Shown piece by piece: positions 34,975-46,633 of a DNA stretch of 64,000 bases; within the stretch, counting starts at the first letter, position 1; each line of letters opens with the position of its first letter. The stretch is taken from contig BAAIJX010000055.1 of NCBI GenBank assembly GCA_054600435.1, positions 1 to 64,000 of the forward strand, in the 5' to 3' direction. Position numbers and translations under genes: made by a program. Under the pieces are notes generated by a model. The model was given only the letters and a program-made list of their open reading frames with translations, made no database searches and had not been told where the DNA came from. The stretch comes from Neophaeotheca triangularis. Its lineage: Eukaryota.

Positions 34975-36024
34975 TGTTTTTGGTTTATTTTATTTTTTGG
35001 AGGGGGGGGGGTGGGCAAAGAGCGTTTGTTCTGTCCGGCGGCTCAAGTACGAGGAGAGGTCATCTTCGCGGCTGAGTTGGGTTCATCGTTGCTTGCACAA
35101 GGTACATTCAATCTACGTGTTACCTCTGGGAGGACGGAGCAGGCGACCTCAGCTTTCAGGGCGGTGACGTGGGGAGAAGGAGAGAGAGACGCGACGGCTT
35201 GACTTCGGGCGAGAGACAGCCGAGATGAGAGGAGCCCGAGTACCTACATCTACCTTACAGTACCTAGACGGGACGGGACTGCACGACACACAAGCTTAGG
35301 TAAGAAAGGTGCGACAAACACGACAGCAACATGGAAGCACATGCAAACAACCTCAGACACACAAAGGCACAAAAGAAAGGTCGTCTCGTGTTCCAAACAA
35401 GTAGTAACACGAATTACAAGGCAATGTCTCGGCCGGGGGGCACGCGTGACAAGGCCGGCCGTGTCGCAATGCTAATCTCGACTTCACGTGTACTTTGGCC
35501 TACCTACTGTCGGGTACTTTGCAGGTACTGTCCATACTAGTTAGCTTGTCGGCTTACGAAGCTGCCAGTTGGCGACAACCAACTACCATACCTACCTTTT
35601 ACTAGCATTGGACGATAGTTATGCAGCACGAGCTGGAACCAAGGGAAGCAAAGGAAGTATTCATCGACATATCTCCACTCTTTCTTTTCTTTTCCCTTCC
35701 CTTCCCCTCCCACACCCGAACGAAAAAGGGCCCAGTAGTGTGTTGTACACTCGTCAAGTCATGATAGTCTACAACCCCGCGCGTCGCAAGCATTGCATCC
35801 AGCCACGCCATGCCATGCATTTCCTCCCCCCTCCCTCCTCTCTCAAGCCCAAACAACCACCCACCCTCCTCCAAAAGCCAAGTAGACATAACCCGAAAAC
35901 CCCCCCCCGCTATGCCACTCGCTAAATAAAAATGCCCAAGAAGAAGAATCCACACACAAAAAAACCCGAAAGAATTAAAATAAAAGAACACCCCCTCCCA
36001 CTCCCCAAACAACGACCGCCAGCC

Positions 36025-37304
36025 TCACCGACTCATCGGCGGACTCATCGTATACCTGCCACCACCGTGAGCCCCGATACCCGCGTGCGCCGACAGCTCG
36101 CTCAGACTCGGCAGGGCCGCGTGCCTGCCCCCTCCTGCGCCACCGACGCCGTTCAGCGCCATTGGTTGCGGCGGCGGCGGCGGCGGCACGCTGCGAGCGC
36201 TGTCGGCGCGGCCTCGGCTCAGTTGCGGTAGTATGGTGCCGTTTGGGCTGACGCTGCCGGGTTTTTTGCTGGTGGTGGTGGTTGGGCTGGTGGGGTGGGA
36301 GATTGGGTGGCTGTGGGAGTGGGTGTAGGTGTGAGGTTGGGAGTGGGGGTGGTGGGTGTAGCTGGGTTGGTGGTGCTGGGGGAGGTGGTGGGTGTAGGTT
36401 TGCGGATGTGTTGGGTGGTGGGTGTAGGCCACGATGGGTGGGGGTGGCAGACCGCTGGTTGAGGTGGGCGAGGTTGTGGTTGAGCGGGCAATGGTCTCGG
36501 CGCCGGGGGTGGTGTGCGTGGTAGGTGGGTTGCTGGAGGCGAGGCTGGTGGTTGTCGTGGTCGTGAGGTGATTTTGGTGCTGTTGTTGCTGCTGCTGCTG
36601 TTGCTGCTGTTGCTGACCTGCGAGGTGGAAGACTGGCACATTGGCTCGTTGCGCCATTTCCACTTCCCCGATCTGCCAGTGCATGGCCTCGGCGGCCCGC
36701 CAGGGAAGGGCCATCTCCTTGGAAATCTTCTCCCACATGTCCTTTTTGAACCTGCTGTTGGTGGTTAGTAAGTATTTTGAAAAAGAGACAAAGGGGAAGC
36801 AAGGGTAAGTCCGCACCTTTCGTACAGCCGGGCGAGTTTGTTTTTCTTCTCCTCGTCCCATTCACTGCGACGCTCGAGGTAGTTTTGGAAGCGCAGACGG
36901 CAGCTGATGGCGCTGCGGCCGGGCAGGTGCTTGGAAATGTCTTCCCATTTCATGCCGTTGCCTCGCAGCTCGATGATCGAGGCGTCTTCGTCGGCGGTCC
37001 ATTTGGATTGCTTCTTCTTGGCGGGCGACTCTCCGGGCAAGGGATGCGGTGGTGCTAGACGTTTGTTGCTCGGCCCTTGCACCGACACGTGCATGGGTGG
37101 TGGTGGTAGCTGGCCTGGCATCGACGTGGGAGGATAGCCGGTGTAGGGCGATGGTTGGTAGGGTGATGGGCCTGGGGCAGCGGAGTAGTGAGGGTGCGGG
37201 TATGGAGACGGGTGCATGGTGTAATGGTAGTGTTGAGGGTGCTGGGGTTCGAGTGGTGGTCCAGGCATGGGCCCCGGGGTCGTTGCCGTCGTCATGGTTG
37301 ACAT
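36025..37304 (-). CDS. Myb/SANT-domain transcription factor with polyQ and His/Thr-rich tail; intron 36816-36752; first in-frame ATG 37304, possible GTG start 37439
   Basis: KKKQSKWTADEDASIIELRGNGMKWEDISKHLPGRSAISCRLRFQNYLERRSEWDEEKKNKLARLYER|FKKDMWEKISKEMALPWRAAEAMHWQIG (two Myb-like repeats), a Q11 tract and a C-terminal LPSLSEL. Confidence 0.88.
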
Positions 37305-39150
37305 TCGAGCGGACCCTGACGTGCCTGAAGTTCGTCGGCCTCTTGTTGAGTTGGTCGACGAGGATTTGTGTGACGATGTGCTGGCATTGCCGGGTGAGGA
37401 GACGGCACTCGGCCGTTCCAATAGGGCGTTGATATCCACGATGGCGACTTTGACTGGCTTCTCGGCCAGCTCATATGCTTTTGGGGGGTTCGATTGGCAG
37501 ACTCGCTCTTGCCGCCCAATGCTACACTGATGGTCGAAGAACGCTGCGCTTGCTGGAAGAGAACGGAAAGGAAGGGACAAGAGTCAATTGATGTTGATCA
37601 AGGCGGTTATTTGATCGATGCTCAATCCGGAGACGAGGACGGGAAGGCGTTGGGGCAGGAACCTTTTTTCTCTCTTGCTTTACTACTACTCCAAGAGACC
37701 CTTTAAACTCGATAGGGTGATTGCCCTGCACCCGAATGCGCGTCGTGGTCCGCTTAATGAAGGTTTGCTCCAATCCGACAGGCCGGGCGGCTAAGATTAG
37801 GGTCTGCTGGAATCCCGGGATGGTTGCTCGTGCTGAAACCGCAGGCTCGCCCAAGGTCACGGAGTCGTCAGGTTCAGGGCGGCGATGTGCAGTTCCAAAG
37901 CATGCGGAAACACGTTTCTTCGAAAAAGCTCGAACTGCAATCTGGGAGTTTTGCGCTCTTTCGTTTCAAGCAACGGGGGGGAGGGCGGTCAAGGCGAAAC
38001 GTGCACAAGTTGACGTAACACGAGAGCACGAGACGACGACGACTTGCTGGGCTGGTGAGAAGAAGAATAATGAAATAATGAGCGTAGATGGCACTAGAGG
38101 GCGTTGACTAAAGCAGGTCTAGTGAAGAGCAGGTGGAGAGCGAGGGAATAATTCACACATGGACGATGATGAAGAAGCTGCAGCGCCAGGCGCGGGTCGG
38201 CGGGTGTTCCCTGGGGTGTCATGTAGTTAGTTGTTAGGCTAGCAAGTATGCACGATAGATAGTGTTGCGTCTACTGCAAGAAATAGGTAGTAGAAGCCAG
38301 TGTGCAGGTGGCCAATGACAGGCAGGGCAAGGGATGAAACTATGTGGACCTATCGTGTATGAAGCCAAGGGCATGTGTTGAGGGAGTCAAGGTACACCAC
38401 TCGACGGCTATAGATGCAGCCCGACGAACGGGTGAGAGGGAATGATTGTCAGAGGAATGGACAGCTTGCACGCCACGATTTAGCCCGATTAACCTGCCGG
38501 GATCTACCTTTACGAGGGCGACGAAGCTGGCGGAAACTAAGGGCCGTAGCTAGCTACTACTGATGCTACATTGTGATAATTATCAATTATTGCTCTCAAT
38601 CAAGCTCTTTGAGGAAGCTAGAACGAATCGCCAAACAGCAGAGGTGAACGGGAACCATCGCTCCAGCATTGTTGACTCGAAAGTCAAAGGATGGATTCGA
38701 TCAAGGGCAGCAGTGGGCGGTGAAGGTGCAGCATAATTGGACGAAACGACAAAGCGGCCCTAGGGTGTCGCGGAAAGATGCGTATGATCTGGCACTGACG
38801 AACGGCGATCTGCAGAAGCGCGCTGCAGCAGAGCCTTCTTTTTCGAGGGCGAAGCTCGGTCGTGGGTTGACGGGGGGGAGAGAGAGAGAGAGAGAGGGTA
38901 CTAGTCAGTGGTTCTCGCTTGCAAGGCAATGGAGATAATAATAATAATATGAAATTGGTGTGATTGCAGGACGAACTGGCTTGTGGTTGATGGAGCGAGC
39001 GGCAGTGGTAAGTTCAGTCGTACTTTGTGGGGCGTGCATTGATTATTTACTGATGCATTGCTAATACCTTGTGCTATTATTATTGCCTTTGTCGTGGCAT
39101 TCCGGTGTCACCATGGAATTTTGGAACAAGGTGAGCCGGTGAAAGCAGGA

Positions 39151-39302
39151 GAAGAAGGAGAAGAAGAAGAAGAATAATAATAATAATAATAATGATAATA
39201 ATGACAATAATAGTAGGGCGAGTAGGCGGGCGGGCGGGCACTGACTGACTTGACTGACTTGACTGACTTGACTGACCGACTGAGACTGACTGACTGACTG
39301 AC
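39151..39302. repeat. Compound microsatellite (GAA)n-(AAT)n followed by a (GACT)n/(GACTGACTT)n array
   Basis: Directly visible at 39151-39215 and 39240-39302, in the long intergenic region upstream of the Myb gene. Confidence 0.9.
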
Positions 39303-41086
39303 GTCGAGGCCATGTCTCGTATGACAAGTGACCAACCAACTACAGTACCTACATAGGTACCCGTGTATTGTGGATGCGACAGGAAAGTAGACAGGTAGAC
39401 AGGCTCGACAGGATGGTGGCAGAAGAAGATTGACGCCTGCGCCTGCGCCTGCAGCGGCTCGCCGTCAAAGCTGTTGGACTGTTTAGACTAGTAGTCTTCA
39501 GCGTTCACCATCAACCTCCGGAGCTCCTCGCTGCACTCCACAACTGCAGCATGTGAGCATGCAGAGTAACTTAGTAGTAGTAGTAGTAGTAGTCTCAGTA
39601 GTAGTTATTAGTCTGGTACCTTGAGAGCGGCTCAGCGACGACGTCGAGAATTGCCGATGAAGCCTGGCTGCAGCCTGCAGGAGGATGATGGTTGATGGCG
39701 CAGAGGCTGTACCTACCTTACTACTAGTATGTACCCAGGTAGCCTGTCGAGAGCGGTGTATGGGCATGATGAGTTGTACAGATGCGGCGTGAGGCAGGGA
39801 TGTACGCTCGACGCAAGTCATGATTGACCACCACCCGCTGCGGGTGCGTGCTAGTGGTAGCGTGAGGAAAAGCACAGATCGCAGGTTCTCGAAGAAAATG
39901 GCTACTACTACCACTACTACTACTGCTAGTCGGTCTGTCGGTCGTCGTCAGGGTTTTGCATGGGGAGGCGTGATGCTGATTCGCGCTCTGTCTAATCTGC
40001 TGCGTTTCCGATTTGTGACAATGGACACTTGGTACTGCCGGGCCGAAGCTTGATTGATTGATTGATGCACTAGCCCGTCGGCACCTACAACTCTCTCTCT
40101 CTCTCTCTTGACCTCCCTCGACCTTTCTGCTCGAGCGACCGAGTGAAACCGAAAGCAGACTATGCATATCCACCTACCTATTATGCACCTAGGTATGCAA
40201 TGATTTGTTTGATTTTGGCCTGTCTTGCCCTGCCTCTCGCCTCTCATGCCTCATCGTACCTCATTATTCCCGGTGCCGCCTCGTAATAATCACGAGTGGT
40301 GGCTAGTACTAGTACATACTACTGTACCTACGGCAACTTACCTAGCTCCTCCCTCTTCAGAGGCTGGCATGACGAAGAAGAAGAAGAGACGATTCCACGT
40401 ACCGAGGTCGTCAATCGCCACGACCCTCTCCCGCCCTTCCCGTTACCAACTTAGATCCGTACCTTATGTCGAACGAGGTTCTGCGGGAACAGGTTATTAC
40501 TGACATGCAGATGGAGACGGCGGGGCTTGCCTGAATTTGGGAGGCAACGTTCAACACGTTGGTTCAGGGTGGCGCCGAACCGTTCGTAGGCGCAGACTCC
40601 ATCGACAGTAGTAGTAGTGTGGACACTGGACGCTCCTTGGTTGCCTCGCTCGCCCTGCCTTTTTCGTGATCGGGACCACTTTCTGCTTTTGGCCTCATCT
40701 GCGATGCAGTCTTCAAAATCTCCTCAAGCGGTGAAGCCCGGGGTTGTTGTCGTGGAGCTGAATCTGACGACACACATGTCGATTGATACGGGCTAATGAC
40801 AGACTCAACATACTTCGTATCGTAGGTAGCTACTGTAGTATAGCTGGCTGGATATGTCATCGTCTGTCAAGTTGGGTGGTTTCTGCGCTTGTTTCGGGGC
40901 ATATGGATGTCTTGTCTGTTTCGCCGTCTCAATTACTATCAACTATCAAAAAAGGAATACGGAATCAGGAAGGTATATACGACCACCTCGGGAGGCGAGA
41001 ACGGGGAGGGCAGTAGTAAGACGACCACCTCGAGCAACACCAAGCGGACACGTGACTCTCCACGCTCCGACAGGTTTCCAACTTAA

Positions 41087-41087
<1 letters not shown>

Positions 41088-41120
<33 letters not shown>
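41088..41120. repeat. (ACT)11 microsatellite
   Basis: Perfect trinucleotide run. Confidence 0.95.
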
Positions 41121-41905
41121 GAAGATGACAGGAATGGGAATGGGATACGTGTAGATGGCGCTTCTAACCTCGTTGAGATGTGCCCGAACGGATGGGCGTG
41201 GCGGGCCTGTCCCCGGAAGCTAGATTTGGTTGTGATTGATTGATTGGAATGAAATATGCAAACCCAATCAGCAATCCGGGTTGTCGACAGCTCAACATGC
41301 ATACCTACGCTAAGTAGTAGTAGTATTATCTACGCAACAAGCACCCACGTGTGAAGATCCAGCCAGCAGCTAGCTCAGCCTACCTAGGCCTAACTAACTA
41401 CCTGCCTCTGTGAGTCTGTATCTGCACAACGGCGGCAAGACGTGCATGCCCTGTACGTACGTACATAACCTGCAATGTTGTATCCGAATCGAATCGAACC
41501 GAACCGAATCGTAAGCGTACAGTACAGTACTTAGCGTTGAACAGTGACGGGGAGCACGAGCAGGAAACGGGGAACGGCCCTCATCGGACAAGCTCGAACT
41601 GCGAAGCCGAACACGTTAAGCTTGGGAAAAGTTCAACTCTGCACGGTGGAGTCTGGGTCTCTTCTTGCAGCAGCAGCAGCCTCATCAGCCTGCAGCCTGC
41701 AAGCACGCAACGTCGGCTGTCCCTGCCACTTGAACCTAATTAAGCCTGCCACCTCCGCCTCACTTGCCTGCCTGAAACTCTATAACCGACCGACACTAGA
41801 CTGCCTTGGGTAGACGACGACGACAACCGCCACCACCACAACAACCACAACCACCACAACAACAGCACTACTACACCCCCCGCATCTCCCGGCTGACCGA
41901 CAGAC

Positions 41906-42905
41906 ATGGCAACGCCAACGCCAACGGCAACGCCATCGGCAGACATCCCCCTGCTGATCACCTCGGAGCATTCGTCTTCAGAGCGTCGCATCACCCCCAG
42001 CTGGACCATAGCCCATCTCAAAGCCCGATTAGAGCCCATTACCGGCATCCCGGCGACCTGTCAGAAACTGTCCCTCAAAATCGCCTCTCAAGCCGCTGCT
42101 CCCATTGAAGCGAGCGATGAAGAAGCCACGCAAATAGCCAGCTGGCCGCTACAAGCGTACGCCGAGATACATGTAGGTGCCAGACCAAATCTCTCCCATC
42201 TCTCCGCCACCTTGAGCCTCCCATTTCGTATTGCCATGGTTTCGTAGGGAAGCAAAACATCGCAACCCCGTAGAAAGTCCACCCTATCAACTCTCCCCCG
42301 TCCTCACACAAAAGAAAGAGCCCCCACCCCAAAGGGGGAAGAAAAAAAGAACCCCCCACCACACACCCCCAAAACTAACTCCCGCCTCCCCTCCCAAAAC
42401 AAAGATCACCGACACCCGCCCCCCCGGCCTCAAAGAAAACTACACCGACGTCTCGCGAGTAGAAAAATACACCCTCCCGCTCGCCGACTACGCCTCGCGC
42501 CCGGACACAGTCGCGGCCTACAAAGCGCGGCACAAACTCGGCCGCTTCGACCCCTCAGCCCCATCGCAGCAAGAGCAGAAAATCGCAAACTCCTTCCGCG
42601 AAGCCGAGGAGCGCCACATTGCCGTCGGCAAGCGCTGTCGCCTGTTGCCACCCGAGACCGACGATCGTCGGGGGTCGGTGGCGTTTGTGGGTGAGGTGGC
42701 GGAGATTGCCGGGGCTGTGGGCGCGTGGGTTGGGGTCGTGCTTGATGAGCCGACGGGCAGGAATGACGGCAGGGTTGGTGGCGAGGGGAAGAGGTATTTT
42801 GAGTGCAAGGCCAAGTGTGGCGTCTTTGTTCGGCCGGAGAGGGTCGAGGTGGGGGATTTCGGCGTCGAGGATGAGGATTTGATGGGGAGTGAGGACGAGT
42901 TTTAG
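41906..42905 (+). CDS. ALF1: Tubulin-folding cofactor B (ubiquitin-like domain plus CAP-Gly); exons 41906-42172, 42405-42905
   Basis: SSERRITPSWTIAHLKARLEPITGIP, DTRPPG, YASRPDTVAAYKARHKLGRFDP, and the CAP-Gly WVGVVLDEPTGRNDG...YFECKAKCGVFVRP. Intron 42173-42404 with CTAAC branch and AAG acceptor. Confidence 0.93.
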
Positions 42906-43304
42906 TTCTACGGCCGGAGACCTGGCTAAGCGGCGACAGAAGAATGGGACTTGAAAAGATCTCTCTTCCCGCAATCGTAACGTGTATAGTAGCGTCAATA
43001 CTGCGAGAACATTCAAGGGTATCTAGCCAGACCAACGGCAAATCTCCCGTGTTCGTAACCCAACCGAAGATCATAAAAAGCAAGGGCTTGACGCAATCAG
43101 TTGTCCAAAATAAAACCACTCTGGCAGCTAAGCCAGTTCCCAAAACCCAACGCAAAACCCACCACTCAGCCGTGGGGTGGATGGAAAGAAAGAAAAAAAA
43201 AAAAAGCCATCCGCCAACGCGTCTTTGTCTCCCCAGCACCTCTTGCCCCTCCATCCAACCCATTCCAGTCCCATCCAACCCAGTCCAGTCCAATCCAATC
43301 CAAA

Positions 43305-46102
43305 TCAAGCAGACCCATCCTCCACACACCCCTGCGCGAAAAACACCTTGGCAGTCATCGACCGGCTCTCATTCGTAATAGCGTAATTATTCCCTAGCGA
43401 GCACACAAAAAAAACCACATGTCAGCAACCAAAATTCATCGACAGGAAACAAAAATAAAAGGACTAAAGAATCGACAACGACAAACGACAAACGACGACG
43501 ACGACGACGACAGCCAGCCAGCCAGCAAGCAAGCCTTGGGACACCGCTCTTGCAGCCAACCGCCCCGGACTCGGTAAACCTTCCCGGCCGCGCTGTGTCG
43601 AGACCAGGCCGGGGCTGGGGGTGAGAGTGACACAGCAGGACGGCAGTGCGGGTCGCAGCAGCCGGGCTGAGTGAGCGAGCCGTCTCGGCTCGCCAACCAG
43701 GTCTTGCCAGGTCTGGGTCTTGGATTCTTCTTGTTGGGTGCTTGGACGCTGCTTGCATGGGTGGCGTTGGGGTGGGGAGGATTGCGGGAAGTGGGTGTCT
43801 GGGTTTTGACACAGGGGGCGGCAAAAGTGTCGTGGATTTGACCCGGAATTGCCGTGGTCGTACAATGGCGTTGTTGCTGGGAAAGCTTGCGCGCTGCTGC
43901 GTCCTTGTGCTGTTCGTTCTGGCTTCGCTCACCGCTCGAGCTGAACCGTGTCGCTGGGCTTGTAGGGTGGCCTTTGTGTGTCCGGGGTGGTGTCGAAGGT
44001 TTGGTCCAAAGAGGGAGGGGGTCCCGGGATAGGGCAGATGGGGGGAGGAACAGATGAACGAAAGGGAAAATGGAAAGGAACTCACCTCTAGGCACGACCC
44101 AGACGCCGCCTTTGGCCACGGCAAATTCGTTGCCACCCACATCGACCAAGCACTTGCCCTCGTGGACGAAAAAGACCATTTGCATCTTCCTGCTGTTCTT
44201 GGCGCGCTTGAAACCCTCTGGCGGTAACTCAACCATGCCGCTGCCGAAGAAGGGCAAATTCAAAATCTTGGCGAAGCGAAAGTCCGAACCACTGACTTCC
44301 TTTGTGACTATGCTGGACGAGGCGAAACCGAGGTCTTCTTTGACGAGGTTGTTGGCGTCCGTCTGTTGGGTTTGCGGATCCCAAGAGGGGACTTCGCCAG
44401 AGATGACGCCGAGTTCTTGCTCCCATTCGTCAGGCAGGATGGACTCGGTTCCGCTCTCGTCGCCCTCGGCGTCGTCCAGTCTGCTTGCGTTGGTCTTTCG
44501 CGTCTTGTTCTTCGGGCCAGCTTTTCGTTTCGCTTTCTGGGGTTGCAGTTTCTCTACTTCGTCTGCCCGGACTATCCCTTCAATCTCGCCGTGCTTATAG
44601 ATCATGTGCTCATTCGCCCAGTGTTTGAGGGGTTGCATCACGGGTCTTCCGTAGCGGGAGACTCGCTGGCCTGCGTCTTCAAATGGAGTGGTGGAGCGTA
44701 GGTTCACGTTGCTAACCGGGCCCATGCTACTACCGCGTTTGCTGGGTGATTGGCGTAGTTTCGAGGGAGAATCTGTGACTGGTACGGAGTTTGTTCGCCG
44801 ATTTGCCGGGGGAGGCTTCGTCTTCTTAGTAGGGCGACCCCCTTTGCCTTTCTTCTTTGGTCGAGGCTGCTCTGGCTCCACGTCATCGTCCTCGGGGATG
44901 GTGGCGAGGTAGCCATCTTGTGTCGTCAGCGAAGGATCAACGACCTGACTATGGTCTTCTTCCTGCGCCGGACTTCCTGTTGAGATTCGCTTTTTCTTCT
45001 GAGCTGGATGAGCGGCCTCTGAACGAACTTCGGTAAGGCTGACACCACTATCGGCAGCCTCCTCCCGCTCTAGACTCCCTCTGTCGCGCTTCCTGTTCGA
45101 TTCGTGTCGGGATGAAACAGAAGACTGCCGTCTAGACCCCGAGCCGCTGTTGTCGGCTGAGAGCCTTGATCGGTTGGGCGAGCCTTTGGAAGGAGTCGCA
45201 GGAACCTCATCCGCGGAAGTCGCGCCGGCGTCATCCTCTTCTTCCTCCATGACCGGCATCGGCTGGTAGTCATCAATCTCGAGACCGCCGCCATGTCCCG
45301 GTCGCTCTACAGACAGTGGCGCATCTTCCTCCTCCGCCGTCTCTGCCTGGATGCCACTTAAAGTTGGTAGAGCATCGGAAGCATGCGCGGCTTTCTCTGG
45401 GGAAGCAAAGAGATCGCGCCTGACTGGACCATTGGATCTGCGCAATGATTTCTTCGGCTTGAATGGACTCAGCCCTTCAATGCTGGTGTGCACTTTGCTC
45501 GCCTCCTCGTTCTGAGCCCCAAAATCCAGCACTCGATTCGGTGGTGGCTGAGTGCGCGTTTGCACTGGCGAAGTTTCCCCTTCAAATGGCTCGTTGTTTG
45601 CGCGAGACGTAGGCCGCGCCGAGGATGCGCGCTTGGGCGATCCAATGTTGGTGTGTCTTGGAGTAGTAGCGCGTGGCGGAGGTAGTCGTGGGGTCTTGCG
45701 CAGGTGCAATGTCTCGTCTACGTCTGGTGCTGAGCCTGTCGGACGGCTGTTAGCACAACCAAATGTTGGGCGCATTCTGCTGCACCTTCGTTTCATGCGC
45801 GCGCTTTACTCACTTTCTTGCAAGTCCATGGCACTACTCGTGATGATTTTATTACCACGCGCCGGCGATTCCTTGAGAGGAGAGGAAAAAACGCCCGCAA
45901 TGGGCTCCATTCCGTGCTCATCGCGTACGCCTGTGTCTCTGAGTGTCACACCGGTTTTCCTACGCTCACGTCAGCTTCACAATGCCAACCTTGCCTCTTT
46001 CGGTGCAATCTCTCACCTTCCAACCTTGCCGACATCAAAGTATTGATTGTTTGACTTCAGCGTCTTGCGCCGGCCTGGCGTTCCCTTGCCCGGAGTAGCC
46101 AT
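43305..46102 (-). CDS. MIF2: Inner kinetochore protein Mif2/CENP-C; exons 46102-46017, 45959-45814, 45735-44086, 43393-43305
   Basis: Mif2_N motif YFDVGKVGRKTGVTLRDTGVRDEHGMEPIAGVFSSP, CENP-C motif SRYGRPVMQPLKHWANEH, and cupin PFFGSGMVELPPEGFKRAKNSRKMQMVFFVHEG...VVPRG|NNYAITNESRSMTAKVFFAQGC. The last exon completes the cupin only after a 692-nt intron. Confidence 0.92.
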
Positions 46103-46633
46103 GCTTGCGCGTGGCGCTCGGTTTTCTTTTTCGATATCCAGGTTGCAGTACTTTCTGCAGCGATTCCAATGGCACTATCCTGAACGCGACAAGTATGGTT
46201 GTTAATTCGAGGTGGTGTAGGACGGGGCGTGTCGTTGTCAGCGCTGCTTTCCCGCTGGAGCTGGTGTTTCCCACATGTAAACAAGGTCTGTGCTTAGCGC
46301 CGGCCGCTCCCGCCCCCTCAGTCCCGTTACAGCTCTTGGCATGGCTCACTGGAACGTCCGTTAAGGTACCTCTTGCACATCTTGCATTGTGAGAATAACA
46401 TATATACGATTTGTCCAGGCTCATGACACTCGAGACCCTGACGTGCGCTTCCAATGGTCATTTTCTGTTCTGCGACTAGCATGCGCGGGAGTACGCGGCG
46501 TTCAGCATCTACCAGCGATTGCAACCCGGTTGATGCGCCTCTCCCTCAGCAACAGAGAGCGGCCTGACACCGCAACGACATCCTCATCCGAGGAATACTA
46601 ATTGACGCCCATCTTTGACAACATCTTCGCGCA

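Noticed and set aside
43436..45796. ORF-track 786-aa version of Mif2 as the primary product
   Set aside because: It starts inside intron 2 and reads through intron 3. The spliced model restores the conserved N-terminal motif and the complete cupin.
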